A stretch of DNA of 64,000 nucleotides from Spirochaetia bacterium (GCA_022482625.1 JAKVOU010000001.1:1038784-1102783); one strand, 5' to 3'; counted from the stretch's first letter, positions 45,625 to 56,168 are shown. Notes: generated by a model not told the origin, from the sequence alone. Made by a program: numbers and translations.

Positions 45625-47328
45625 TCAATTCTGCTGTTCCTTGTCTGAACCAAGGTCGGCATCTCCGCCCCACTTCTTCTGCAGGAAATCCAAATCGCTT
45701 GCAAGACGTTCGACCGCATTCGTCAGACGGGCAGCATCTTTTTCTTCCAACTTCTTGTTCCTGCTTGCCTTGATCATCCGGACAATGACATTTTCCAATT
45801 GTCCTCGCCCAGTACTCAGTTCCTTCAGTGCTTCTTCCAATTGTCTCATCACAGAAGAAGGCAGAGGAGCTTCGCTCTGCTTCGGCAGCTTGGCAAGATC
45901 TGCCAGCGAGAAAGTTTCCATCATATCAGGCGCATAAGCCTTGAGTCCAAGTTCCTTGCAGACATATGCAGCAAACCATTGGGCAACATCTTCTTCACCA
46001 TGGTTGACAAAGACTTGCTGAGGTTCTTTATGGAAAGCCTTGAGCCAAGTTATCAGTCCAGCTTGGTCGGCATGACCGGAAATACCTTCAAGCTCACAGA
46101 TTTCACATTTGACATCAATCTGCTCTCCGAAAATTGTCACATGGCGTGCACCATTGAGAATGGAATTGCCCAAGGTACCACCTGCCTGATAGCCCGAAAA
46201 GATGACCATGCATTCTTTTCTCCACAGGTTATGTTTCAGATGATGTTTGATTCGTCCGGCTTCACACATCCCACTGCTGGAAATAATGACAGAAGGTTTT
46301 GTCCTCCGGTTCAGAGCCTTTGACTGCTCCACGTCCGTAATAGTAGTCAAGGAAGGAAAGATGATAGGATTGATCCCTTTGTTGACCATGTCCATGGCTT
46401 CCTTATCATAATAGCCCTGCACACATGAAGCAAAGATTTCCGTTGCCTTTACGGACAGAGGAGAATCTACGAATACCGGCAGATTACTATACTCCGGCAA
46501 CAGCTTGTTATCTATAATATATCTGATCAGGTAAAGGATTTCCTGTGTCCTGCCAACCGAAAAAGCAGGTATAATCACATTGCCGCCTCTATCGAATGTC
46601 CGTTTGATCATCTTCGCAAGTTCAGCAGCACGGACCGATGTCGGTACATTGTGTCCTACTGCACCTTCAGGCAGTTTATGCAACCGATTACCATAGGTAG
46701 ATTCAATAACCACTACATCAGCATCATCAAGATAGTTCGGATCTTTGATTATCGGTTGATCGAAATTGCCGATATCCCCGCTGAATACCAGCTTGCGTCG
46801 GACACCGTCTTCCTCAAGCCATAGCTCTATTGAAGAAGAGCCCAGAAGATGTCCGGCATCGACAAACCGGCATTGGACACCTTTGCCTAAATCGACCACT
46901 TTTTCATAATCAACGGAATTGAAATACTGCATGCTGTTCTGTGCATCTTCAGCAGTGTAGAGAGGTTCCACGGGCCCTTTGCCTGCTCGGATCTGCTTGC
47001 GGCTTTTCCATTCGGCTTCCATTTCCTGGATATGTCCGCTATCGGCAAGCATGATCTCACAAAGTCTTTCCGTAGCCTTGGTACACCAGATCTCGCCCTT
47101 GAAACCTTCCTTGACAAGCTGAGGAATCCTTCCTGTATGATCTATATGGGCGTGAGTCAGCAGTACGATGTCAATGAGAGCCGGATCAAATAGAAAATCA
47201 TCTCCCATATCCCTCTCATCGTTTCCCTGTGGCATGCCGCAGTCAATAAGCAAGGCCAACCCATGGCAACGCACCAAGGTACAGCTTCCAGTAACATGTC
47301 TGGCTGCCCCATAAAATGTGATCTCCAT
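45625..47328 (-). CDS. MBL-fold / beta-CASP family RNA-metabolising hydrolase
   Basis: LLIDCG, THAHIDHTG, beta-CASP region, GISGHAD, plus a charged C-terminal coiled-coil tail. The ATG at 47328 follows AAAGGAG. Confidence 0.8.
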   Translation of the reverse strand: MEITFYGAARHVTGSCTLVRCHGLALLIDCGMPQGNDERDMGDDFLFDPALIDIVLLTHAHIDHTGRIPQLVKEGFKGEIWCTKATERLCEIMLADSGHIQEMEAEWKSRKQIRAGKGPVEPLYTAEDAQNSMQYFNSVDYEKVVDLGKGVQCRFVDAGHLLGSSSIELWLEEDGVRRKLVFSGDIGNFDQPIIKDPNYLDDADVVVIESTYGNRLHKLPEGAVGHNVPTSVRAAELAKMIKRTFDRGGNVIIPAFSVGRTQEILYLIRYIIDNKLLPEYSNLPVFVDSPLSVKATEIFASCVQGYYDKEAMDMVNKGINPIIFPSLTTITDVEQSKALNRRTKPSVIISSSGMCEAGRIKHHLKHNLWRKECMVIFSGYQAGGTLGNSILNGARHVTIFGEQIDVKCEICELEGISGHADQAGLITWLKAFHKEPQQVFVNHGEEDVAQWFAAYVCKELGLKAYAPDMMETFSLADLAKLPKQSEAPLPSSVMRQLEEALKELSTGRGQLENVIVRMIKASRNKKLEEKDAARLTNAVERLASDLDFLQKKWGGDADLGSDKEQQN

Positions 47329-47682
47329 AACATCTCCTTTCCTCAAGTATACCCCTAAAAAGTCATGCTGTGAACCAAATTTCATCCTTTACTTTTCCAG
47401 AAAGCAAAGAGAATACAATATGGCAGCAACAATATATGGAATAAGATGTACCCATATTACCTACATAGCCATATAGGCAACAATGTTTACTCCGGGGCAG
47501 AAAAAACATACCCATCACTATTTCCTGCAGACGATACCTCTTTCCTCTCCTCAGCAGGAAGCACATCTCAAAAGAAAGTTACCTTATAGTTGCAACCATA
47601 CAGGATTGCCGTCAAGATTTTTCAGTTCAACCCTCAAAATGTATTTTTTCAGCATTGGTTACACATATCGGCAACAGAAATG

Positions 47683-48918
47683 TCATTCCAACTCCTTGCT
47701 CAAGCCTCTCAGCACAAGATTCAAAATAAAAGCAATAAGCCCAAAGACCATTATCATGACAAATGTACTGCCATAAGAACCACCGGACAAATCCTGAAGC
47801 TTACTGGAAATCAGAGGGCCGAACAGAGCCGCAGGAATAAGGCAGAAATTAGCTACGCTGAAATTTACAGGATAATTCTCTGAACCAAAGAAACCATTTA
47901 TTACGGCCGAAGTCAACGCAGGAGACCCACCATAGCCGATTCCTATCAGCATCAACCCAAGGAAAATAAGCAAGATGCCAGTAGTCATCGCACCACAGAA
48001 CAATACGGATCCACCAAGAAGCATAATAAGGCTGTTGCACATCATCGACTTATGACGGCCTATTTTGTCAAATAAAGTTCCCATGGTTACGCGTCCTGCA
48101 CCATTGAATATGGAAACTGCCAGCCCAAATACAGCAGAAGCCCCGAAAGCTACTGCAATGGTGGCAGCACTGTTGATTATCATAAGTCCTGCTGCACTTA
48201 TGATGGTGAACCAAAGGAATGCAACCCAAAAGGCAGGTGTTTGCAACATTTGGCCTACCGTATATTCCCTCCGTTTCTCCTTACAGCCATTTTCCGATCC
48301 ACTAGCAGCATCAGAAACTTCAGCAGATACTGCAGCAGGCATCCGAATGAAAAAAGATCCGATTGCAAGGACAATTGCAATCAGGATAGCCAGCCTAAAG
48401 AAGGTAGCAGTAAGCCCGATTATCCCGATCACAGCATTTACCACACTTCCAAGCAACAGACCACCAAGGCCAAATCCCATCAATAGTATTCCTGAAGCAA
48501 GACCCATATTGTCAGGAAACCATTTTGTCACGGTGCTGATGATCGAATTATACGCCATGCCGACGCCTGTTCCACAGCATATTCCATAGAAAACATACAG
48601 TTTTTGCAAACTTGTCCCCGGAACAGTCGCATCTATCGTCGAAACCATCCAGAAACCGACAAGCAGCAACCCTGCCGCTATCAATACGATATATCTTCCC
48701 TGCAGAATATTCCTCAGCTTGCCGCTGAAGGATCCCCCCAAGCAGAAAAAAATCATCGATATCGTAAATGTCATTGAAATCTGTGTAGCAGTCCACCCCG
48801 GGAACATAGCTTTCAGCGGTATCCTGAAAATAGACCACGCATACAACAATCCCAAGCACAGAAGCATAACCGTACCTACCGTCAGGTATACCCACCGTTT
48901 TGCAGAAGTTCTTTCCAT
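47683..48918 (-). CDS. MFS transporter, oxalate/formate antiporter (OFA)-like
   Basis: Twelve TM segments, with N-terminal RWVYLTVGTVMLLCLGLLYAWSIF typical of the OFA subfamily. The start is taken at ATG 48918. Confidence 0.75.
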   Translation of the reverse strand: MERTSAKRWVYLTVGTVMLLCLGLLYAWSIFRIPLKAMFPGWTATQISMTFTISMIFFCLGGSFSGKLRNILQGRYIVLIAAGLLLVGFWMVSTIDATVPGTSLQKLYVFYGICCGTGVGMAYNSIISTVTKWFPDNMGLASGILLMGFGLGGLLLGSVVNAVIGIIGLTATFFRLAILIAIVLAIGSFFIRMPAAVSAEVSDAASGSENGCKEKRREYTVGQMLQTPAFWVAFLWFTIISAAGLMIINSAATIAVAFGASAVFGLAVSIFNGAGRVTMGTLFDKIGRHKSMMCNSLIMLLGGSVLFCGAMTTGILLIFLGLMLIGIGYGGSPALTSAVINGFFGSENYPVNFSVANFCLIPAALFGPLISSKLQDLSGGSYGSTFVMIMVFGLIAFILNLVLRGLSKELE

Positions 48919-50087
48919 ATTTTCCTTACATCCTCTACGTTTTTTCAGCACCTCTGTGCTGTATATGTTCTTCCTTCGCACAACATACCGAACATTCCAG
49001 AAAGATCAGGGAAACAGTAGTAGATATACAAACAGGTAAAGCTAATTTTCCCCCTGCAAGCAGAAGTTTCTGCAACTTTTTCGGAAAAATTTCGTACTTG
49101 CAACAGATTATTTTACCATTTGCCGAGTCCCCGATGAACAGCAACAGTAAATCCAGAAAGCACCAGCTGCCGCTACTTTCCAGATTACAGGCAGTCCCCA
49201 TCCGACATGGAAGACAGTGTATGTACAATCAATTCTGATGTCTAGAATACCAATCAGATCATATTGTATCCAATGACAATATAGTTTTAAGACACAGGAC
49301 TGCAAAATTACACTGTTCCAAAATCAAAGCATAAGAAAACAACCTCTACAGGATATTAAGGAATTACCACTTTCTGCCATCGCCACAAAAGGTCCCTGGC
49401 AATCAGAAAAACAAAATATTCTCTGAACAACATACCTATTTTTTACTGAGAGTTACTGCTTGTAGCAGATGAAGACCCGATGTCAGCCAATAGTTAAGAA
49501 ACGATTACACGCTGGCTATATCCACAAAATAATTACCTATAACATATAAAATAAATGATAACAAATCAAACATATGAACAACTTTTTCAAATAGGAGAAA
49601 GCTCCTTAGTCCGCCGTATGCAGACAATTTGGAAACAGAAGATCCTTCTTACCGCTACATTCTCCACAAACGTCCGAAGCATAGACAATACGATCCACGT
49701 TTCCTCTTTCTGCCATCAGAAAACAAATTCCATAGCCATGATGGAACTACACAGCAGGATGCAAAAACAAACGGCATCATGACAGTACTTTCTCCTATAC
49801 ACATAACATTACCATTATGAATATATGCTGTAATTGATATTACACAGCAAGCAAAACGCGACCTACACTTATTAGCAGAAAGGATAGAGAGATGGCAAGA
49901 AGTCCGATCGATTTCTTCATCCAAAAGAGTACAGCCACAGTCCGGAACATATGTAATTCTTCCATTTTACCTATCCGATTCCAACGGAAAGTTTTTTGAC
50001 AAGATTGCAAAAGTAATAGTACTTAAAAGCAAAGGGTTCCTGTTTGAAATCCTTGTTCTTGATGTTTCAATGATAAGGAGGCTTTGT

Positions 50088-50918
50088 ATGGCTTTTGATT
50101 TCAATATAATGAGGTCATTGATTTACGTGGATGTCGTCAAGGAAGAGTATCGGGTAAAATTGCAACACTGGCTTTATGCACACCATATCCCGGAAAGCAT
50201 TTCACACTTTTCTCCATATGTGACGAAATATGCATTCTACAATGCACTTCCCAGTCCTGACAAAGAAGAAAGATTCGGGACTGTAAGAATGCAGATGACA
50301 GAACATTATTGGCTTGTCGATGAGAATCTTCCTGAAATGGCCTGTCGGACTCTGAAGGAATACTTCCCTATCGATGTCCTGAAATGGCAAGGAACTGTTC
50401 CCGAAGATACTCCCGAAGAAAATCTCACAGGTGATGAAGCCAGAAGATCAGGCAAGGGTACGGCACATCCGTTTGTCTTTGCTTTCGTCCCCGTCTGTTG
50501 GGAAAATGATTTGAAAGGTAAAGGACGTACTATTGAAGATGGGCCAAATTACAGATGGCAGTTCATGCTTTCTTATCCGGAAGGGACGACAAAGCAAGAA
50601 GGGGACAAATGGTTCTTCGATGAAGTCATTCCTTATTTCCAAAAAAGCAACAAAGCAAATAGGATATTGTCAAGTTCAGTCAGGCAGGAAATCGACAACT
50701 GTCCTTATTCACGTGTTACTGAGATTTGGTTTGATGGTCCGGAAGAATGGAAAGCCGTAGCAGTAGATGGTTCCAAATGCATCAGGAAACCTGAATGGGC
50801 CCAGACGACAAGTTTCCCTTATCTTCATCCGTTCCTGAACTTCACCGGTATATTCCTGGCAGATTATGTAAGTTCCGACAATCTGACGCAATATCATGGG
50901 TATCTGACCCTACGCTAG
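50088..50918 (+). CDS. Hypothetical protein, paralog A (two EthD/Dabb-like half-repeats by eye)
   Basis: AAGGAGG precedes the ATG at 50088. It shares LQHWLYAHHIPE, ERFG, RVTEIWFDGPEEWK and KPEWAQTTSFPY blocks with the next ORF. No named family is recognised. Confidence 0.7.
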   Translation: MAFDFNIMRSLIYVDVVKEEYRVKLQHWLYAHHIPESISHFSPYVTKYAFYNALPSPDKEERFGTVRMQMTEHYWLVDENLPEMACRTLKEYFPIDVLKWQGTVPEDTPEENLTGDEARRSGKGTAHPFVFAFVPVCWENDLKGKGRTIEDGPNYRWQFMLSYPEGTTKQEGDKWFFDEVIPYFQKSNKANRILSSSVRQEIDNCPYSRVTEIWFDGPEEWKAVAVDGSKCIRKPEWAQTTSFPYLHPFLNFTGIFLADYVSSDNLTQYHGYLTLR

Positions 50919-51167
50919 AAAAGCCAGGAGATATTTCTTTTGATTTCTTGGAAGAAGTATCTCCTGATATCAGAAAATTTTCTCGCAGACAGTCAACAAG
51001 AATAATCATACACCAGTTTTTTCTCCCTCGGCCACAACTTCCAAGCAATTTGCTACAGAGGGGAAAAATCAGACAACACAGGCTTCTGTAAGGTATACCG
51101 ACTTACCTATGCAGGTCATATTCAGGAGTTTTCATCACCTAGATAGATACAGGGAGGAATTATCACT

Positions 51168-51941
51168 ATGGCTATGTCAAAGTTACTGATCATACATAAT
51201 CTCAAGGATTTCAATGCATTGCCGGCACTTGAACGCTGGTTCAGGCGTTATCACGTACCAGAAGTACTTACTCAATACCCTTGGACAAACAGATATCTTC
51301 TCTACCGAGTCATTCCAGAACCGGACGGAGCAGAAAGATTTGGATTTTTCAACTATCGCGTACATGAAAACTGGGTTACTGGAAGTGAAAGCCGTCGTGG
51401 AGAAAGAGGACTGCTTTCCATGACACAGCAACCTTATCCTGATGCAATGGATGCCATTGTTGTAAACATGCCGGCAGAACCTACAGATGACTTCCTGGGT
51501 TCTGACTTACATTTCGATGACCATACGATTCTTCGTTGGGTATGCGTATTCCGTTATCCTGACGGGGCCGACATTGACAAGGCAGATGATTGGTACCTGA
51601 ACGTACATGTACCTGAAATGAAGAAAACCCCTGGCCTTAACCGATACTTCAGTACAAAGGCTTATATTTCTGAAAAATCACCGTTGCCGCAGGGTGACTC
51701 ATTCAAAAAACACATGGACCTGTTCTATCGACAGTGGCATAGGGTAACTGAACTTTGGTTCGATGACAGCAATAGCTGGAAGAATGGTATCATCGGCAAT
51801 CTTCCGAAGCTGACAAGACCTTCCTGGGCAACAGACGGTAACTATCCGTTCATTATCCCCGGCAGTGAATTCATTTCAACGTTCATCCTTGAAAAACCAG
51901 ACAATGATTTCATCAAAGAAAGAAGCAGCCTTTATTTCTAA
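51168..51941 (+). CDS. Hypothetical protein, paralog B of 50088..50918
   Basis: GGGAGG precedes the ATG. The blocks LERWFRRYHVPE, ERFG, RVTELWFDDSNSWK and RPSWATDGNYPF are colinear with paralog A. Confidence 0.7.
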   Translation: MAMSKLLIIHNLKDFNALPALERWFRRYHVPEVLTQYPWTNRYLLYRVIPEPDGAERFGFFNYRVHENWVTGSESRRGERGLLSMTQQPYPDAMDAIVVNMPAEPTDDFLGSDLHFDDHTILRWVCVFRYPDGADIDKADDWYLNVHVPEMKKTPGLNRYFSTKAYISEKSPLPQGDSFKKHMDLFYRQWHRVTELWFDDSNSWKNGIIGNLPKLTRPSWATDGNYPFIIPGSEFISTFILEKPDNDFIKERSSLYF

Positions 51942-52037
51942 CAATCGGGCTGAACAATTCAACAGAATATGGCTCAGCCAAGAAATATGTTGATAATCAG
52001 CATAACAAACTGACATAAGTAAGGAGAAGTATGAATT

Positions 52038-53318
52038 ATGGCAGAAGAAAAAACAATGTATCCTAGGTACAGATGGTTTGTCTGCTTTGTAATGTTTATT
52101 GTCATAGCTGTAAATGCCGGGCTTGTTCTTATCGGCCCGGCCCCATTGGTAGGAGAAATATCAAAGGCAACACAAATTCCAATCGGAACGGTAACATCCG
52201 TAATGATGTCTTCATTTACCTTTTTTGTTTTCCTAGGTTGTATTTCATCAGCTTTTCTGATTGATAAGATCGGAGTTGCAAAAGTCTTTATCATCGCTTC
52301 TGCCCTGACGACGGTAGGGGCAGTCCTTATGCCGACAATGGGGAACTCATTGGGAGGAATCCTTTTCCTGAGGCTTCTGCAAGGCCTTGGAGCCGGACTT
52401 TGCATGGCCACCCCTGCACAATTGTCCAGTGAATGGTTTTCACCTGACCAAAGAGGCATTGTCATGGGAATATTCGGAGCCAGCATAGGCATAGGTACTG
52501 CCATCGGATCAAGTATCTTCCCTGCAATCTTCAATTCAGTAGGAAGCTGGACAGCAACGATAGCATGGAGCGGTGTTGCTACGATATGTGCATTGATCCT
52601 TTCCTTGGTCTTTTTCTTCGGACCCCAGGTATCAAGGCAAAAGAAACAAGACAAGACAACAGATGCACAAGCAGCCACAATTGCTGATGGTAATGAAACC
52701 TTCAAGAAAATTCTCAGGGAATCCTCTTTCTGGATTTTCCTGGTCATAACATTCATCTTCTCATGGATCCAGCAAGGTTACAGCAGCTTTATCCCCGGCT
52801 ACCTTGCAGTAAAGCAACCCATGGGACTAGGCTTGGGTTCACAGACAGGAGGACAGCTTTTCTCCTATTATTCATTGGCCTTTACTGTCGGGGGCTTGGT
52901 CGGTGGATTTGCAAGCAGTCTGCTTTTCAAGAACAAATTGAAAATCGGCATAGCTTTTGCCTATATCCTGTCAGGACTCTTCAACATTTCCGTACTGCTC
53001 CCGGATATCGGCTCCCACTCTGTTCGTCTGAGCATATTCCTGATAATTGCAGGCTTCTTCCTTGCATGGGCCAATGTAATGACATTTGCTTATCTGACTG
53101 AGTGTTTCCCTGCCAATGTCATGGGCAAGACCGGTGGATTGGTGCAGGGAGGTGGTATACTCGGTGCACCAATAGGCATTTCAATCGGAGCTCTGCTTCT
53201 CAACAGCAACGGTAGCTACACTGCTACCCTCCTGATTTTCGGAGTACTTGGTCTGCTGGGTTTTATCTGTTCTTTCTTACTGAAAAAATCAAGGACAGTC
53301 TCACAGACAAAAGCCTGA
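52038..53318 (+). CDS. MFS transporter
   Basis: Twelve predicted TM helices, a loop-2/3-like motif region, and AAGGAG upstream. Confidence 0.8.
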   Translation: MAEEKTMYPRYRWFVCFVMFIVIAVNAGLVLIGPAPLVGEISKATQIPIGTVTSVMMSSFTFFVFLGCISSAFLIDKIGVAKVFIIASALTTVGAVLMPTMGNSLGGILFLRLLQGLGAGLCMATPAQLSSEWFSPDQRGIVMGIFGASIGIGTAIGSSIFPAIFNSVGSWTATIAWSGVATICALILSLVFFFGPQVSRQKKQDKTTDAQAATIADGNETFKKILRESSFWIFLVITFIFSWIQQGYSSFIPGYLAVKQPMGLGLGSQTGGQLFSYYSLAFTVGGLVGGFASSLLFKNKLKIGIAFAYILSGLFNISVLLPDIGSHSVRLSIFLIIAGFFLAWANVMTFAYLTECFPANVMGKTGGLVQGGGILGAPIGISIGALLLNSNGSYTATLLIFGVLGLLGFICSFLLKKSRTVSQTKA

Positions 53319-53368
53319 CTGGCAACATAAAAACGGTGTACGAAAGCACACCATCGGGAAAAAACAAG

Positions 53369-53878
53369 ATGAATACTATTTCTTTATATATGCACCACGT
53401 AGGGATGTTTGTCTCCGACTTGGATACAAGCATCTCATGGTGGAAACGCATGTTTGGTTTTTCACTGGTAAAAAAAGGCAACAATAGACTTCCAGGACAG
53501 GGTATCGTATCCATTGCATGGATTGAGAACCCGAATCACTCATGTTATCTCGAACTGTTCCAATATGACGGGCTGAAACCGTTTACCATGGAAAACTATT
53601 TCGGCACGCTGGGAACAAAACATATCGGTTTATATGTAAGGCACGAGGATTTCCTCAATCTGAAAGCACATCTGAAAGCCGAAGGTGCCAATATTGTAGT
53701 TGATACACGCTGGCCCAATGACCAGTTTGGAGATTTGATCGAACCACTGCCGGCCACAGCAGATCCGAAAGAATCATCAGGTGTCATCTTCATTACGGAT
53801 CCTGATGGAATATGGATAGAAATCATGGAAGAATATTATCCGGGCATAGGCCCAACCAGATCAAAGATACTTTTGTAA
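53369..53878 (+). CDS. VOC (glyoxalase/bleomycin-resistance/dioxygenase) family protein
   Basis: MHHVGMFVSDLDTSISWWKRMFGF, then HIGLYV and DPDGIWIEI, the paired beta-alpha-beta-beta-beta modules. The start is taken at ATG 53369. Confidence 0.75.
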   Translation: MNTISLYMHHVGMFVSDLDTSISWWKRMFGFSLVKKGNNRLPGQGIVSIAWIENPNHSCYLELFQYDGLKPFTMENYFGTLGTKHIGLYVRHEDFLNLKAHLKAEGANIVVDTRWPNDQFGDLIEPLPATADPKESSGVIFITDPDGIWIEIMEEYYPGIGPTRSKILL

Positions 53879-54221
53879 AAATTACCGCTATAGACAATTC
53901 ATTTATAGCAGAGATAGGTCGTACTTTTGCGTTGTCCATAGCTATGCTATCTGATTCATTATCACGGCACTGACAACAATAGTTTTTCCTGCCAGCATAA
54001 GAGTACACTGGTCATATCGTACATACACAAATTACTTCAGCATATACATTTCATCTAAAAATCCTTTTTCTCTGACAAGAAGGAACTTAGCCTGTCTACA
54101 GAAAGAACATCCTGTGTCCAAGGACAAGAATCTATCCTGATAATTCGCTTGCAAGCTCTTGGCTTGCAGGTTATCATGAAAAAGTAGATCCACAGTGACT
54201 ACCCATGCAGGAGGAACGACA

Positions 54222-54902
54222 ATGGACGAGCACAACAAGGCGTGCTTCAAGGCAAACGCCATGGAAACGATTGAAAACCTGAAAAAAAATCAAATTACTG
54301 CTTACTATGTTGAAGACAAGCAACAGGCAGTACAAAAAGTCACATCATTGCTGAAAGCAGGAGAAACCGTCAGTGTCGGAGGGTCGATGACATTATTTGA
54401 AACAGGAATCATCGATCTGCTGCGCAATGGAACCTATAAATTCCTTGACCGTTATGAAAAAGGACTGACAAAAGACCAAGTGAACGAAATCTATAGGAAA
54501 AGTTTCTATGCTGACACATACCTTGCCAGTGCAAATGCCGTGACAAGGCATGGTGAAATACTTGAAGTCGATGGCAACGGCAATAGAGTCGCAGCAATTA
54601 CATGGGGTCCGAAACAGGTTATCCTTGTCGTCGGCATAAACAAAATTACACAGGACCTGAGCAGTGCGGTAGAACGGGTCAAGAATATTGCGACCCCTTC
54701 AAATACCAGACGGCTCAAAGTTGATACTTTCTGCATGAAGCATGGACATTGTATCAGCCCATACTGTGACGCACATAATCTGATGGCTTTGTCTGCAGGC
54801 AGTTGTCCTGACAGCATCTGTTCAATCAGTACGGTCTTTTCCCACCAGTTGCATGCAGGCAGGATCAAAGTCATCATTGTCGGTGAACAGTTAGGTTATT
54901 GA
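54222..54902 (+). CDS. LUD-domain (lactate-utilisation LutC/YkgG-like, DUF162) protein
   Basis: VSVGGSMT, SANAVTRHGEILEVDGNGNRVAA and a C-terminal Cys-rich segment. GGAGG precedes the ATG at 54222. Confidence 0.65.
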   Translation: MDEHNKACFKANAMETIENLKKNQITAYYVEDKQQAVQKVTSLLKAGETVSVGGSMTLFETGIIDLLRNGTYKFLDRYEKGLTKDQVNEIYRKSFYADTYLASANAVTRHGEILEVDGNGNRVAAITWGPKQVILVVGINKITQDLSSAVERVKNIATPSNTRRLKVDTFCMKHGHCISPYCDAHNLMALSAGSCPDSICSISTVFSHQLHAGRIKVIIVGEQLGY

Positions 54903-54916
54903 GACAGGAGGAAAAA

Positions 54917-56107
54917 ATGAAAGACTTCATCTACTATGCTCCCACAAAAGTCATATTCGGCAAAGACGTGGAATTACAGGCAGGGGCACAGCTGAAAGCA
55001 TTCGGGGCAAAAATAGTCCTGGTACACTATGGTTCCGAACGGATTGTAAAGAACGGACTCATGGACCGAGTGCTGGAAAGTATCCGCAAAGAAGGAATCA
55101 AGACTGTGGTATTCGGTGGTGTCACCGCAAATCCAAAGCTATCACTGGTAACAGAGGCAACTGAATTTGCTCGAAAACATAATGTTGACTTCATTCTGGC
55201 CATCGGTGGAGGATCTGTCATAGATTCCGCAAAAGCAATCGGGTATAGCCTTGCAGACAATGAAAAAGGAAATGTCTGGGATTTCTATGCAAAGACACGG
55301 ACACCGAAGGGATGTATTCCCATCGGTACGGTGCTGACCATTGCGGCAGCAGGTAGCGAAATGAGTGACAGCAGCGTCATTACCAATGACCATCTGCATC
55401 TGAAAAGAGGCTATAGCAGCCAATATGCCAGATGCAGGTTCGCTTTGGAAAATCCGGCACTGACAGTTACCGTACCTCCTTACCAAAGTGCCAGCGGCGC
55501 CTTTGACATAGTCATGCATACCCTTGAGAGATACTTCTTCAATGGACCGAGAACCAGTCTTACCGATGAGTTGGCAGAAGGCCTGATCCGATCAGTCTTC
55601 AAGGCCATCAGACAAGTCCTTGACAACCCGAAAGACCTGGATGCCCGGGGCAACCTGATGTGGGCCTCATCCCTTGCTCATAACGATTTGATGCAATGTG
55701 GCAACGGTACAAGAGGTGACTGGGCCTGCCATCAGTTCTCCCATGAACTAAGCGGTATGTTTGACAGTGCCCATGGAGCATCCATTGCAGCAGTCTGGAC
55801 ACACTGGGCATCCTATGTGTACAAGGAAAACCCCAAAGCTTTTGCACAGCTCGGTAATCGCACCTTTTCCATTGCTCCTTCAGGAGACATAGAGGAAGAT
55901 GCACGCAATACGATCAAAGAAATGAAACATGTCATCGAAAGTATCGGCTTGCCGACAGACCTGCATCATCTGCTAGGCAAGACCCCGACTGATGAGGAAA
56001 TCGAATTGCTAAGTGAACGGTGTTCGTTTAATGGGACGAGGACCATTGGAAATATCAAGAAACTGGATAAGGAAGACATCAGATCCATCTATCGTTCTGC
56101 CAGATGA
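54917..56107 (+). CDS. Iron-containing (group III) alcohol dehydrogenase
   Basis: AIGGGSVIDSAKAI, the metal-ligand histidines (DIVMHTLE, SHELSGMFDSAHG), and AGGAGG upstream of the ATG at 54917. Confidence 0.85.
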   Translation: MKDFIYYAPTKVIFGKDVELQAGAQLKAFGAKIVLVHYGSERIVKNGLMDRVLESIRKEGIKTVVFGGVTANPKLSLVTEATEFARKHNVDFILAIGGGSVIDSAKAIGYSLADNEKGNVWDFYAKTRTPKGCIPIGTVLTIAAAGSEMSDSSVITNDHLHLKRGYSSQYARCRFALENPALTVTVPPYQSASGAFDIVMHTLERYFFNGPRTSLTDELAEGLIRSVFKAIRQVLDNPKDLDARGNLMWASSLAHNDLMQCGNGTRGDWACHQFSHELSGMFDSAHGASIAAVWTHWASYVYKENPKAFAQLGNRTFSIAPSGDIEEDARNTIKEMKHVIESIGLPTDLHHLLGKTPTDEEIELLSERCSFNGTRTIGNIKKLDKEDIRSIYRSAR

Positions 56108-56168
56108 ACACAGACGAACAAAGGCCCTGTTGAGGGGCCTTCGTTTTGTCCAAAATCGTGCAGGCATA

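Noticed and set aside
45461-45937. 158-aa plus-strand ORF spanning the mntH / beta-CASP intergenic region and the beta-CASP 3' end
   Set aside because: It crosses a strong terminator hairpin (45591..45621) and is antisense to the beta-CASP C-terminus. The protein is S/R/L-rich with no motif.
51974-52756. 260-aa minus-strand ORF overlapping the MFS transporter gene
   Set aside because: The plus strand encodes a convincing 12-TM MFS protein with a good RBS. The antisense translation has no start context or recognisable motifs.
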